Virus record (IMG/VR): IMGVR_UViG_3300017747_000976
Location: 1-28,915 of that record
Reading direction: 5' to 3' (one strand)
Source of the DNA: a virus
Lineage: Duplodnaviria; Caudoviricetes
Length of the DNA: 28,915 bases
Part shown: positions 6,367 to 14,899 of the stretch, one piece after another
How positions within the stretch are numbered: the stretch's first letter is position 1
Layout of the letters: each line of letters opens with the position of its first letter
Position numbers and translations under genes: made by a program
Notes under the pieces: generated by a model
Told to the model about the DNA's origin: nothing
Seen by the model: the letters and a program-made list of their open reading frames with translations, nothing else
The model's database searches: none

Positions 6367-7019
6367 AAGCCGAATTAGTCGATAGCATGGGTAGTGATAT
6401 TTCTGTCTGTAATGCAGCAAGGGTTTCTTTTGATAAGCAAACAGACTGGGATTATTTTCATGGTGAAAAAGTTCTAAAGTCTGCTGATCTTAAACTGATC
6501 GAATATCTTGCAAAGCACAATCACTACACCCCATTCACTCATTGCACTATTACCCTGCGAGAGACTGTCCCTATTTTTGTAGCGAGACAGCGTTTCAAGC
6601 ATACGGTAGGGTTCAGTTACAATGAAGTTTCTCGTCGCTATGTCGATAGTACCCCTACATTCTACTTTCCTAAAGAGTGGAGAAAGCGGGCGGAGAACAA
6701 GAAGCAGGGTAGCAGCGATGAGATTGTAGTTTACAAAGACTATCCGGTAGGTTATAGCTATGCCGTGAAAACCTGTCTAGCTGCATATGAGGCTATGCTA
6801 GAACAAGGGGTAGCTCCTGAACAGGCTCGAATGGTTCTACCACAGTCTATGTATACTTCCTATTTTGTGACTGGTTCTCTATACGCCTATGCCAGAGCCT
6901 ATAAGCTACGTTCTACAGACGATGCTCAGGCTGAGATCAGAGAACTAGCCCAGCAGTGGGACACTATCCTTTCTAAACTATACCCCATCTCTTGGTCTGT
7001 GTTAAAAGAGGAACGCTAA
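6363..7019 (+). CDS. thyX: FAD-dependent thymidylate synthase
   Basis: NAARVSF, HYTPF, PIFVARQ..KH....SYNEVSRRY, GVAPEQARMVLP, AQAEIR. Confidence 0.95.
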   Translation: MKAELVDSMGSDISVCNAARVSFDKQTDWDYFHGEKVLKSADLKLIEYLAKHNHYTPFTHCTITLRETVPIFVARQRFKHTVGFSYNEVSRRYVDSTPTFYFPKEWRKRAENKKQGSSDEIVVYKDYPVGYSYAVKTCLAAYEAMLEQGVAPEQARMVLPQSMYTSYFVTGSLYAYARAYKLRSTDDAQAEIRELAQQWDTILSKLYPISWSVLKEER

Positions 7020-7020
7020 A

Positions 7021-7170
7021 ATGGTTGGTAGTTCAAAAATCAAAGGCACCACTAAAAACCAAATCAACAGCAGACATCTTGCTACAAGTATCGGACGGTC
7101 TAATAATGCGAAACCTAAGAATAAGCATAAGCGTAGATCGTGGAAAAAATATCGTGGGCAGGGTAATTAA
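7021..7170 (+). CDS. small basic protein ending KKYRGQGN (49 aa)
   Basis: Manual translation MVGSSKIKGTTKNQINSRHLATSIGRSNNAKPKNKHKRRSWKKYRGQGN*. SD GAGGA upstream, no overlap with neighbours. Confidence 0.7.
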   Translation: MVGSSKIKGTTKNQINSRHLATSIGRSNNAKPKNKHKRRSWKKYRGQGN

Positions 7171-7181
7171 GGAGAATAGCA

Positions 7182-7532
7182 GTGTCTAACCCACCGGACG
7201 ATAAACCTAAAGATTCTAACATTGTCTTTTTCATTCAGGAAATTCTTGACAGGCACATCAAAGGTAAAGTGTCTATTGGTGCTTTGGAAAGATACGAGAT
7301 GATGGAGTTAGGCTTTGATCCTAATAAACCAGAAGATGTAAAAAAGTATAAAGAGTTCATTGATTCAACATTCAAGGAGTTTATTCGGGCAACGTCTGAG
7401 AACCCCGATATGCTAGTTGATTACTTTAATGAACCGGACGACGATGACGAAGACTACGAAAAGGATATTGAGTTTATTCCCGAATTTGAACTAGACGATG
7501 ACGAAGAAGAAGAAGAAGAGGAAGATAAATAA
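7182..7532 (+). CDS. hypothetical protein with highly acidic C-terminus
   Basis: SD AAGGAG, GTG start, D/E-run tail. Confidence 0.65.
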   Translation: MSNPPDDKPKDSNIVFFIQEILDRHIKGKVSIGALERYEMMELGFDPNKPEDVKKYKEFIDSTFKEFIRATSENPDMLVDYFNEPDDDDEDYEKDIEFIPEFELDDDEEEEEEEDK

Positions 7533-7535
7533 ACT

Positions 7536-7718
7536 ATGAGTAATCTCTGGGCCAAAGACAAAAAGAAACTATTCAGAGAAATCTACCACCAGTACCTAGA
7601 AGAAGGGTATGATCACAAGTTGGCTAAGAGGTTAGCCGAAGAAGAGGTGGCTGAAATACACGCTGAAGATCATAGGTTCATTCGTAACATTTTAAAAGCA
7701 GAATACGAGGACGAATAA
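7536..7718 (+). CDS. hypothetical phage protein
   Basis: ORF track, packed gene order. Confidence 0.65.
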   Translation: MSNLWAKDKKKLFREIYHQYLEEGYDHKLAKRLAEEEVAEIHAEDHRFIRNILKAEYEDE

Positions 7719-7933
7719 TGTCCATTTACAAACTGGTACGAAAGTCAACCTTCAAAGAAGAGTGTGTTGACTCCTGTGAATCAAGAGACGATCTTGAAAC
7801 GCTTGTCTCCTCTCATCGACTCTTGACAGAACATCTTGGGTTCCTTACAAGAACACAAGAAGACGGCTTCGACGTTCTAAAGGATTCAGGGGTTGTGGTA
7901 TATAAATACAGGATCAAGGAAAATGGAAAATGA
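7718..7933 (+). CDS. hypothetical protein
   Basis: TAATG coupling, GAGGA SD. Confidence 0.55.
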   Translation: MSIYKLVRKSTFKEECVDSCESRDDLETLVSSHRLLTEHLGFLTRTQEDGFDVLKDSGVVVYKYRIKENGK

Positions 7934-9617
7934 AGATAGCGTTATCACTAAAGCCCATCAGCCTTGCGAGGACTGTGGCTCTAGTGACGCACTAGCTATC
8001 TATAGCGACAATCATACGCACTGTTTTAGCTGCTTAAAGACTAGGTTCCCTAAGAAATCTTTCTTTGAAGAAGTAGAGGACGACGAAATGTCAGACGAGT
8101 CGGTTGCTAAAATCTACAGTAATGATACCCAAGCCCCTGTCGTTAGGGGGTTTATCTCGGAAATTAAAGACCGTAAGATCAGTAAGGATACTTGTGAGAA
8201 GTACGGGGTCCGCATTGTCCAAGATCAAACAGGGACTGTCTCTCAGCATCTTTACCCATACTATGATCGTAACAGCAACCTTGTAGCTTTCAAGGTACGT
8301 CACGTTGCTAACAAGGAATTTGAGGCACAGCCTAGAGGTGGTTTAGGCCGTGCTATTCTTTTCGGAGAGAACACCTGCCAGCAGGGTGGAAAGTATGTCA
8401 CCATTTGCGAAGGCGAGCTAGACGCGCTAGCGGCTTATGAAATGCTTGGCAGTAAGTGGCCTGTCGTCTCTATTAGGGACGGCGCTGCCTCAGCCGTTAG
8501 GAACTGCAAGAATAGCTATAGCTTTCTTAACAGCTATGAGAACATTGTTATTTGTTTCGACAACGACGAGCATGGGCGCAAGGCTGCTCAGGCCGTCGCA
8601 GAGCTATTCGAGCCTAATAAGTGCAAGATAGTATTCATGGACTTGAAAGACGCCAGTGACTATCTGAAGGCTGGCAGACGCGAAGACTTTGTGAAGGCTT
8701 GGTGGGCTGCTAGAACCTTTACTCCTGCTGGTATTATCAATCTTAAAGACTATGGCCCAGAGTTATACGATGAGAACAGCCAGCAAACCTGTCTCTATCC
8801 GTTCGACGGTCTTAACGAGAAACTCTATGGCATTCGTACAGGCGAGTTAACTACAGTTACCGCCGGTACTGGCACGGGTAAGTCCTCAGTAATGCGGGAA
8901 CTTATGCACCATATTCTAAATCATACCAATGAGAATATTGGTGTTATCTCTCTCGAAGAGAATGTACGTTCGACTATTTTCCATCTTATGTCAGTGGAAG
9001 CAAATGCTCGTCTGTATATCCGAGAAGTCCGTGAGGCTTTCCCGAGGGCTGACTTAGAGAAGTGGCAGAACGCTACTGTAGGGACCGGACGCTTCTTCGC
9101 CTTCGATCACTTTGGTTCGCTAAAGACTGAAGAAATCCTTGCCCGCATTCGCTACATGATCAAGGCTCTGGACTGCAAATGGGTCTTTCTGGACCATCTT
9201 TCCATCCTCGTGTCTGGTCTTGAAGGCATGGACGAACGCCGGAATATCGACATTCTAATGACGAAGCTCCGTAGCCTTGTGGAAGAAACTAACTGCGCCT
9301 TGCTGCTCGTTAGTCATCTACGCCGCACAACTTCTGACTCCGGCCATGAGGAAGGCAAGGAAGTATCTCTTGCCCACCTACGCGGAAGCCAGTCGATTGC
9401 TCAGTTGTCTGATACTGTTATCGCCCTAGAGCGGGATCAGCAGTCCGACGATCCTAACATTGCGAATACTACTACCATTCGCGTTCTCAAGAACCGCTAC
9501 GCTGGCGAGACTGGAGTAGCCTGTCACCTATTCTTCAATAAGGAAACAGGACGCTTGACAGAAGTATCTAAGTTGGGGGATAATGGTCAGGGAGATTCTT
9601 CAACAACGGAGCTATAA
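7923..9617 (+). CDS. T7 gp4-like primase-helicase
   Basis: Start moved to ATG 7923 (SD AAGGA or AGGA upstream). Zn finger C-x2-C...HCFSC, TOPRIM EGELDAL and FDNDEHG, Walker A AGTGTGKS, LDHLSI, VSHL, LRGSQSIAQLSD, KNRYAG. Confidence 0.95.
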   Translation: MENEDSVITKAHQPCEDCGSSDALAIYSDNHTHCFSCLKTRFPKKSFFEEVEDDEMSDESVAKIYSNDTQAPVVRGFISEIKDRKISKDTCEKYGVRIVQDQTGTVSQHLYPYYDRNSNLVAFKVRHVANKEFEAQPRGGLGRAILFGENTCQQGGKYVTICEGELDALAAYEMLGSKWPVVSIRDGAASAVRNCKNSYSFLNSYENIVICFDNDEHGRKAAQAVAELFEPNKCKIVFMDLKDASDYLKAGRREDFVKAWWAARTFTPAGIINLKDYGPELYDENSQQTCLYPFDGLNEKLYGIRTGELTTVTAGTGTGKSSVMRELMHHILNHTNENIGVISLEENVRSTIFHLMSVEANARLYIREVREAFPRADLEKWQNATVGTGRFFAFDHFGSLKTEEILARIRYMIKALDCKWVFLDHLSILVSGLEGMDERRNIDILMTKLRSLVEETNCALLLVSHLRRTTSDSGHEEGKEVSLAHLRGSQSIAQLSDTVIALERDQQSDDPNIANTTTIRVLKNRYAGETGVACHLFFNKETGRLTEVSKLGDNGQGDSSTTEL

Positions 9618-9618
9618 A

Positions 9619-11343
9619 ATGGAAGTCGTGTTGGATATCGAGACGGATGATCTCAACGCTACTACCATCCATTGCATCGTTGCTAAGGATATCTCTACCG
9701 GAAGTATCTATACGTTTAAGAAAGAGGAGTGCTACAGGGACTTTCCAGCCTTTGCAAGGAATGTCGAAAAGTATATCATGCACAATGGTTTATCTTTCGA
9801 CGCCCCTGTGCTGAATAGGCTGACAGGTGTGGGTATCAAAGTATCTCAAGTAGTGGACACTCTCATTCTGTCTCAGCTTCTCAGTCCGGTTAGAGACGGC
9901 GGGCATTCTTTGGAGTCATGGGGAGAACGGCTGGGTTTTCCTAAAATTGACTTCAAAGAGTTCTCAGAGTTTACTGAGGAAATGTTACAGTATTGCATCA
10001 ACGATGTGAACCTAACTCATAGGCTCTACATCGCCCTGCTGCCAGAGCTTCGTAATATATCTACAGAGTGCGTAGACCTAGAGCATACTATTCGTGTTCT
10101 TATTAATGAGCAGGAGAAGAATGGCTTTACTCTGGATATTCAGAAAGCCCTTATTCTCATTAGTAAACTGAAAGACAGAGCCAATGCTATCGAACGGGAA
10201 GTTCAGGAAATCTTTCCTCCAATGCCCGTCGCAGTAAAAGAGGTTACGCCTAAGTTCAAGAAAGACGGCACTCTGTCTAATGTAGGTCTAAAGCATATCG
10301 GCGAAGACCTTTCGTGCGTAGCTGGTCCTCATACGTCTATTGAGTATCAGGAGTTTAACCTTCAGTCTCGCCAGCAGATCGTTCGTCGTTTGATGTTACG
10401 GGGCTGGCAACCTGAGAAGTTTACTGACAAAGGCCAAGCCACAGTAGACGAGACTGTGTTGATGGCTGTAGATATTCCAGAAGCCAAAAAGATTGCTGAA
10501 TATCTATTACTAGAAAAACGAGTAGCACAGGTTCAATCGTGGCTTGATCTTGTGCAGAATGATGGAAAAGTTCATGGCAAGGTTCTCACGCTTCGCGCCA
10601 TCTCGGGAAGAATGGCGCACCATAGCCCAAACGTGGCTCAGGTCCCTGCTAAATATTCTCCTTACGGTAAAGAATGTAGGGAGTGCTGGACCGTTAGCGG
10701 GCCTGATTTGGTTCTTGTTGGTTGCGATGCTTCTTCACTGGAGCTACGGGGGTTAGCCCACTATCTCCAAGACCCTAACTTTACGAAGGAAGTGGTCGAG
10801 GGCGATATTCATACTGCCAATCAAAAGGCTGCTGGATTAGAGACCAGAGATCAAGCCAAGACGTTTATCTACGCCTTCATCTACGGTGCCGGTCCTGCTA
10901 AGATTGGTAAGATTGTAGGTGGGGATGCCAATAGAGGCCGAGAGTTAATTGACAAGTTTCTAGAGAACGTCCCTGCTTTGGCAACCTTTAGAGCTAAGGT
11001 GGACCGGATTGCTAAAACAGGCTTTCTTCCGGGTCTTGATGGCAGGAAGTTAGTTGTTCGTTCTGAACACGCGGCAGTCAACCTGCTTATTCAAGGGGCT
11101 GGTGCCGTAATCTGTAAACAGTGGCTCATTGAAATACATAAGCTCAAGAAAAAACATGGGATTGATGCCCGTCTTGTAGCTTCTATTCACGATGAGTACC
11201 AGTTTGAGGTGCCTAAGTTACAGGCAGAGGCTTTTGGAAAGCTCACAAAACAAGCGATGAAGAGCGTAGAGAACATTCTAAAGGTGCGGTGCCCACTAGA
11301 TAGTGAGTACCACATTGGTAATAACTGGTCTGAGACACATTAA
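9619..11343 (+). CDS. family A DNA polymerase (T7-like, 3'-5' exonuclease plus polymerase)
   Basis: Start moved to ATG 9619. Exo I DIET, Exo II HNGLSFD, Exo III YCIND, motif A DASSLELR, motif B RDQAKTFIYAFIYG, motif C HDE. Confidence 0.96.
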   Translation: MEVVLDIETDDLNATTIHCIVAKDISTGSIYTFKKEECYRDFPAFARNVEKYIMHNGLSFDAPVLNRLTGVGIKVSQVVDTLILSQLLSPVRDGGHSLESWGERLGFPKIDFKEFSEFTEEMLQYCINDVNLTHRLYIALLPELRNISTECVDLEHTIRVLINEQEKNGFTLDIQKALILISKLKDRANAIEREVQEIFPPMPVAVKEVTPKFKKDGTLSNVGLKHIGEDLSCVAGPHTSIEYQEFNLQSRQQIVRRLMLRGWQPEKFTDKGQATVDETVLMAVDIPEAKKIAEYLLLEKRVAQVQSWLDLVQNDGKVHGKVLTLRAISGRMAHHSPNVAQVPAKYSPYGKECRECWTVSGPDLVLVGCDASSLELRGLAHYLQDPNFTKEVVEGDIHTANQKAAGLETRDQAKTFIYAFIYGAGPAKIGKIVGGDANRGRELIDKFLENVPALATFRAKVDRIAKTGFLPGLDGRKLVVRSEHAAVNLLIQGAGAVICKQWLIEIHKLKKKHGIDARLVASIHDEYQFEVPKLQAEAFGKLTKQAMKSVENILKVRCPLDSEYHIGNNWSETH

Positions 11344-11358
11344 TCTTGGAGAACTTCT

Positions 11359-11589
11359 ATGAAGTATGTTACGGTTGACGTTTATCTAGATGAGTTCAGC
11401 GACGATGAACTTATTGAAGAAGTACAAAGGCGCGGTTATGACATTGTGGACAAGTACTCTAATCTGAGTAAAGAAAGTCTTAAAAAGCTGGCAATCGAAA
11501 TGTTAGTATACCGCACTAACGGAAACGAAAAAGCCTTAGACGAGTGTGTTAAAATCTTCATCGAGAGAGCTAGAGGAATTACAGTATGA
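11359..11589 (+). CDS. hypothetical protein
   Basis: ORF track, GGAG SD, DEFSDDELIEEV.RRG pattern. Confidence 0.6.
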   Translation: MKYVTVDVYLDEFSDDELIEEVQRRGYDIVDKYSNLSKESLKKLAIEMLVYRTNGNEKALDECVKIFIERARGITV

Positions 11590-12095
11590 TTGAGGTTCCC
11601 ATTTCAATTGACGATATTTATAAAGCGCGTCTTATGTCAGATGAAATGGGGCGCTTGAACAATTCCATTACTGCTGGTGGCGGTAACATCTATGGGTTTC
11701 TAGGAGAAATTCTGGTAAGTAATTACCTAGAGCTTCCTTTAGGAAATACTTACGACTATGACATGAAGACGGCGGCGGGTAAGACCCTAGACGTAAAGTC
11801 CAAGCGTTGCACAAGTAAGCCTAAGCCTACCTACGAATGCTCCGTAGCAGCTTTCAACACCAAGCAACGCTGTGATTACTATGTCTTTACCCGTGTTCTT
11901 TCGTCCTTGACAAAGGGTTGGCTTTTGGGTTATAAATCTAAAGAGGAATACTTTTCTAAGGCTAACCTGCTCAAGAAGGGAACACTTGACCCCTCCAATA
12001 ACTTCACTGCAAGGGCCGATTGTTACAATCTTGAGATTAGTTCTTTAGATAGTATGGAAGATTTGAAAAAACTATTGACAACTTCTTCCAAGTAG
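11586..12095 (+). CDS. putative PD-(D/E)XK nuclease-like protein
   Basis: G.LGE...DYD......LDVKSK restriction-like motif spacing. Confidence 0.5.
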   Translation: MIEVPISIDDIYKARLMSDEMGRLNNSITAGGGNIYGFLGEILVSNYLELPLGNTYDYDMKTAAGKTLDVKSKRCTSKPKPTYECSVAAFNTKQRCDYYVFTRVLSSLTKGWLLGYKSKEEYFSKANLLKKGTLDPSNNFTARADCYNLEISSLDSMEDLKKLLTTSSK

Positions 12096-12103
12096 AGTAA
12101 CTT
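12075..12103 (+). promoter_or_regulatory. sigma70-type promoter upstream of ssb
   Basis: TTGACA-N17-TAACTT preceded by an A-tract. Confidence 0.6.
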
Positions 12104-12151
12104 ACTATTTCTAATAGAGCTAAATGCTCATCTGAACAGGAGACTGAAATA

Positions 12152-12634
12152 ATGACTGAGAACACCGAAACTACCCTAAAGAAATCCAAGTACCGTATCA
12201 TTACTGGTAAAGTTTATTGGGCAGCATTAGTAGAGCCTAATACAACCTATGAGCCGACTTGGCGAGTGGATGTTGTTCTTGATCCAGCTACAAAGAAAAT
12301 CGTCGAAGGCGATGGTCTGACTATCTACAACAAAGGCGATGATCGCGGCGACTATATCTCTCTAAAGCGTAAAGTGTTTAAGAACGATGGTTCTAAGCGC
12401 GAGGCTCCAGAAGTTGTGGACGCACAGACAAAGCGTTGGAACGGTCAGCTTATCGGAAATGGTAGCCTTTGCAACATTAAGTATAAGCCCTATGACTGGA
12501 ACCGTAACGGCAAGTCCGGTTTCTCAGCAGAGCTTGTAAGTGTTCAGGTTATTGATCTGATCCCTTACTCGAAGGGCTTTACTCCGGTTGATGGTTATTC
12601 AATCGAAGACGAGAAAGAAGTCGTAAACCTGTAA
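12152..12634 (+). CDS. single-stranded DNA-binding protein (T7 gp2.5/DUF2815-like)
   Basis: G..YWA....PNT, P.VVDA, LIGNGS..N, VQVIDL, acidic C-terminus. SD AGGAG, replication module context. Confidence 0.8.
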   Translation: MTENTETTLKKSKYRIITGKVYWAALVEPNTTYEPTWRVDVVLDPATKKIVEGDGLTIYNKGDDRGDYISLKRKVFKNDGSKREAPEVVDAQTKRWNGQLIGNGSLCNIKYKPYDWNRNGKSGFSAELVSVQVIDLIPYSKGFTPVDGYSIEDEKEVVNL

Positions 12635-12651
12635 AGTAAGCGTAACACGGG

Positions 12652-12727
12652 GCTATCGTTTTTGGATAGCATTCGTTGGTGGGTGTAGGAGTGGGACCAC
12701 CAACACTATAAAGTGGACATATTACAC
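12652..12727 (+). other. structured intergenic element (two hairpins, possible pseudoknot)
   Basis: GCTATC/GATAGC (12652-57/12665-70) and GTTGGTGG/CCACCAAC (12675-82/12697-704). Loop GTGTA is complementary to TACAC at 12723-27. Confidence 0.45.
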
Positions 12728-12747
12728 AAACTAAAGAGGCTAACACC

Positions 12748-12984
12748 ATGATTTCTAACGAACTTCGTATCCTAAAGGCGCTACGTCAACGTCGCCGCGT
12801 TACTCGTAAGACTGCTATCGAGAATGGCTGGGCAGAGAACCTAACTGCCACCATTTCCCGTCTTCGTGCTTTTGGCTTTGTAATCGAAGCCCTTCGCGCC
12901 AAGACCCCAGAAGGCGAGATGTATACCCGTTATCGTCTGGTATCTTCTCCTAAGAATAGCCCGCTACTGGCTAAGGCCGCTTAA
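12748..12984 (+). CDS. small basic winged-helix DNA-binding protein
   Basis: IL.AL.....VT...A........L.A.ISRLR..G..I...YRL pattern. SD GAGG. Confidence 0.7.
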   Translation: MISNELRILKALRQRRRVTRKTAIENGWAENLTATISRLRAFGFVIEALRAKTPEGEMYTRYRLVSSPKNSPLLAKAA

Positions 12985-13007
12985 GGCCTAGGCAGGGGCA
13001 ACAGTTA

Positions 13008-13856
13008 ATGAAAAACATCGACACGCTAGTAGAGGACATCTATACCCTCTTCACAAGCGACTCAAAAACAACAATAAAAGAAGAAGACCTAAAAGAGTTT
13101 GCCGATGGTGTTTCAAAGGCTGTTGCCTCTGCTCTTTCTCGCAGTCGTAAGGAACGAAACAATCTTCGCCTGTCTATGATCGGTCAGCCAAACAGAAAAG
13201 TTTGGTATGAGATTAATGGCGCTCCTAAGAGAGACCTTACTGGTCCTACACTCATTAAGTTTCTGTACGGCGATATTCTAGAACAGCTTCTTATTCTGCT
13301 AACTAAAACCGCAGGACATACGCTAGAAGACCCTCAAAAGGAAGTGCAGGTCAATGGCGTTGTAGGACACCACGATGCTATCGTAGATGGTGTTATGGTT
13401 GACTTTAAGAGTGCTTCACCATTTAGCTTTAAGAAATTCAAAGAGAACACTGTAGCAAACGACGATCCGTTTGGCTATGTAGCGCAGCTTTCTTCTTACG
13501 CTAAAGCCTCTAACAAAACGAAAGCAGGGTTCATTGCCATTGATAAGGTGGGCGGAGAGATTGCCTTTGCTCCCCTTCACCAAATGGATATGATCAATCC
13601 AGATATTCGCATCGATGAGCTACGGGCAATGCTCGAAGACCCAATGCCTCCTGAGAGATGCTACGAGCCTGTCCCAGACGGTAAGTCTGGTAATATGAAG
13701 CTGGCTGTAGGGTGCAGCTTCTGTGACTTTAGGGACCATTGCTGGGGTTCTGCCAACGGCGGTAAGGGTATCAGAACATTTACTTATTCTACAGGCCCTC
13801 GTTACTTAGTAAAAGTCATCAACGAGCCTGATGTACCCGAAGTAACTGATGCCTAA
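13008..13856 (+). CDS. PD-(D/E)XK / Cas4-like exonuclease
   Basis: LRLS.IG, KFLYGDILE, GH.DA.VDG..VDFKSAS, GY..QLS.Y, CSFCDFRDHCW. Confidence 0.85.
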   Translation: MKNIDTLVEDIYTLFTSDSKTTIKEEDLKEFADGVSKAVASALSRSRKERNNLRLSMIGQPNRKVWYEINGAPKRDLTGPTLIKFLYGDILEQLLILLTKTAGHTLEDPQKEVQVNGVVGHHDAIVDGVMVDFKSASPFSFKKFKENTVANDDPFGYVAQLSSYAKASNKTKAGFIAIDKVGGEIAFAPLHQMDMINPDIRIDELRAMLEDPMPPERCYEPVPDGKSGNMKLAVGCSFCDFRDHCWGSANGGKGIRTFTYSTGPRYLVKVINEPDVPEVTDA

Positions 13857-14232
13857 GAAGTTTAGATCAGGGTCTGAGGAGAGGTTATTCAGTTTTCTAA
13901 AGAGTAATAAAATAACCCATAGATACGAACCCTACAAAATACCTTTTAAAGTATCTCTAGTTCGTAAGTATCTCCCAGACTTTGTTCTTGCTAACGGAAT
14001 TATTTTAGAAGTTAAAGGACGCTTCACCACAGCAGATAGAATGAAGCATCTCTACATCCGAAAAGATAATTTATTTCTCGATATTCGCTTTGTCTTCGAT
14101 AACCCCAAGTCCAAACTCTATAAAGGGTCTAAGACAACTTACGGGGATTGGTGCGATAAACACGGGTTTGAATATTGCTCCAGTAAAGATGTTAATGTAA
14201 TTTTAAAATGGGCTAAAGAAAAACTTGAGTAA
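13849..14232 (+). CDS. T7 gp3-like endonuclease I (Holliday junction resolvase)
   Basis: FRSG.E, Y.PDF.L.NGI.LEVKGRF...DR.KH, DIRFVF, TTYGDWC.KHGF. Confidence 0.92.
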   Translation: MPKKFRSGSEERLFSFLKSNKITHRYEPYKIPFKVSLVRKYLPDFVLANGIILEVKGRFTTADRMKHLYIRKDNLFLDIRFVFDNPKSKLYKGSKTTYGDWCDKHGFEYCSSKDVNVILKWAKEKLE

Positions 14233-14560
14233 TAGTAAGATTAATCTTGACTTAGAGGAATTTATAGATCATAACGCTCCCCCAGAAAAACTTCTTTTTC
14301 TATGCGTTCTTCTACAAGCGATCCTCGATGCAACTAAACCGCAATCAGACAATGAGCCTGAAGAAGAGGTCGTCGCAAGACGAAATGCTCAGGCTTGGTT
14401 CTTTGCCTCAGTAGGTGTTACGGCAGAGGATTTTCTAACTGTCTGCGATCTTGCTGGTGTAGACTCTAAGAAAATGCGAGGCTTTGCTTTTAAGGTTCTT
14501 CGGTCTAAAGAAGTTAACTACGTTAGAAAAAGAATCAATACCGTTCTGTCTTTCAAATAG
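14225..14560 (+). CDS. hypothetical phage protein
   Basis: EK.LF..V..QA..DA...A.AWF...DF..VCDLAG pattern common in phage hypotheticals. Confidence 0.65.
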   Translation: MSNSKINLDLEEFIDHNAPPEKLLFLCVLLQAILDATKPQSDNEPEEEVVARRNAQAWFFASVGVTAEDFLTVCDLAGVDSKKMRGFAFKVLRSKEVNYVRKRINTVLSFK

Positions 14561-14570
14561 AGGACTGCTG

Positions 14571-14879
14571 ATGTCAAAAGTGGAAGAACTGCCTGTGTCA
14601 AGAGAACCTGATTACTCTTTCAACGAAGATATGATTTTGGTAGATATCAAGAAGTATATCGACCAGACGTATACACAGCACTATGCCTCAAGTAACTACC
14701 AAGCTACGGATACGATCATCGACGCTGGCTATGGCGATGGTTTTATTATGGGAAACATTCTAAAGTATTGGAAGCGTTACGGTAAAAAAGAGGGTCGCAA
14801 CAGAAACGACTTGTTGAAGATCATCCACTATAGTATAATGATGCTTTCCCTTCACGATAAAACTTATCGGCAACCTTGA
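14571..14879 (+). CDS. DUF3310/SaV-like protein (T7 gp1.7 nucleotide-kinase-related)
   Basis: Start moved to ATG 14571 (SD GAGGA). HY......D...G...GF..GNILKY..R.GKK....DL.K..HY. Confidence 0.7.
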   Translation: MSKVEELPVSREPDYSFNEDMILVDIKKYIDQTYTQHYASSNYQATDTIIDAGYGDGFIMGNILKYWKRYGKKEGRNRNDLLKIIHYSIMMLSLHDKTYRQP

Positions 14880-14899
14880 TCTAAGGAGACAGCATTATT

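Noticed and set aside
6992-7189. 65-aa ORF from the track
   Set aside because: It overlaps both neighbours. The frame 7021-7170 has an SD, fits the gap and has a recognisable C-terminal motif.
12649-12702. GGGGCT...CCACCA resembling tmRNA or tRNA-Ala ends
   Set aside because: The ends do not form an acceptor stem, there is no T-loop, and the element is far too short.
13008-13856. Cas4-like gene as evidence of CRISPR adaptation
   Set aside because: Stand-alone Cas4-like nucleases are common in phage replication modules. There is no cas1/cas2 or array.
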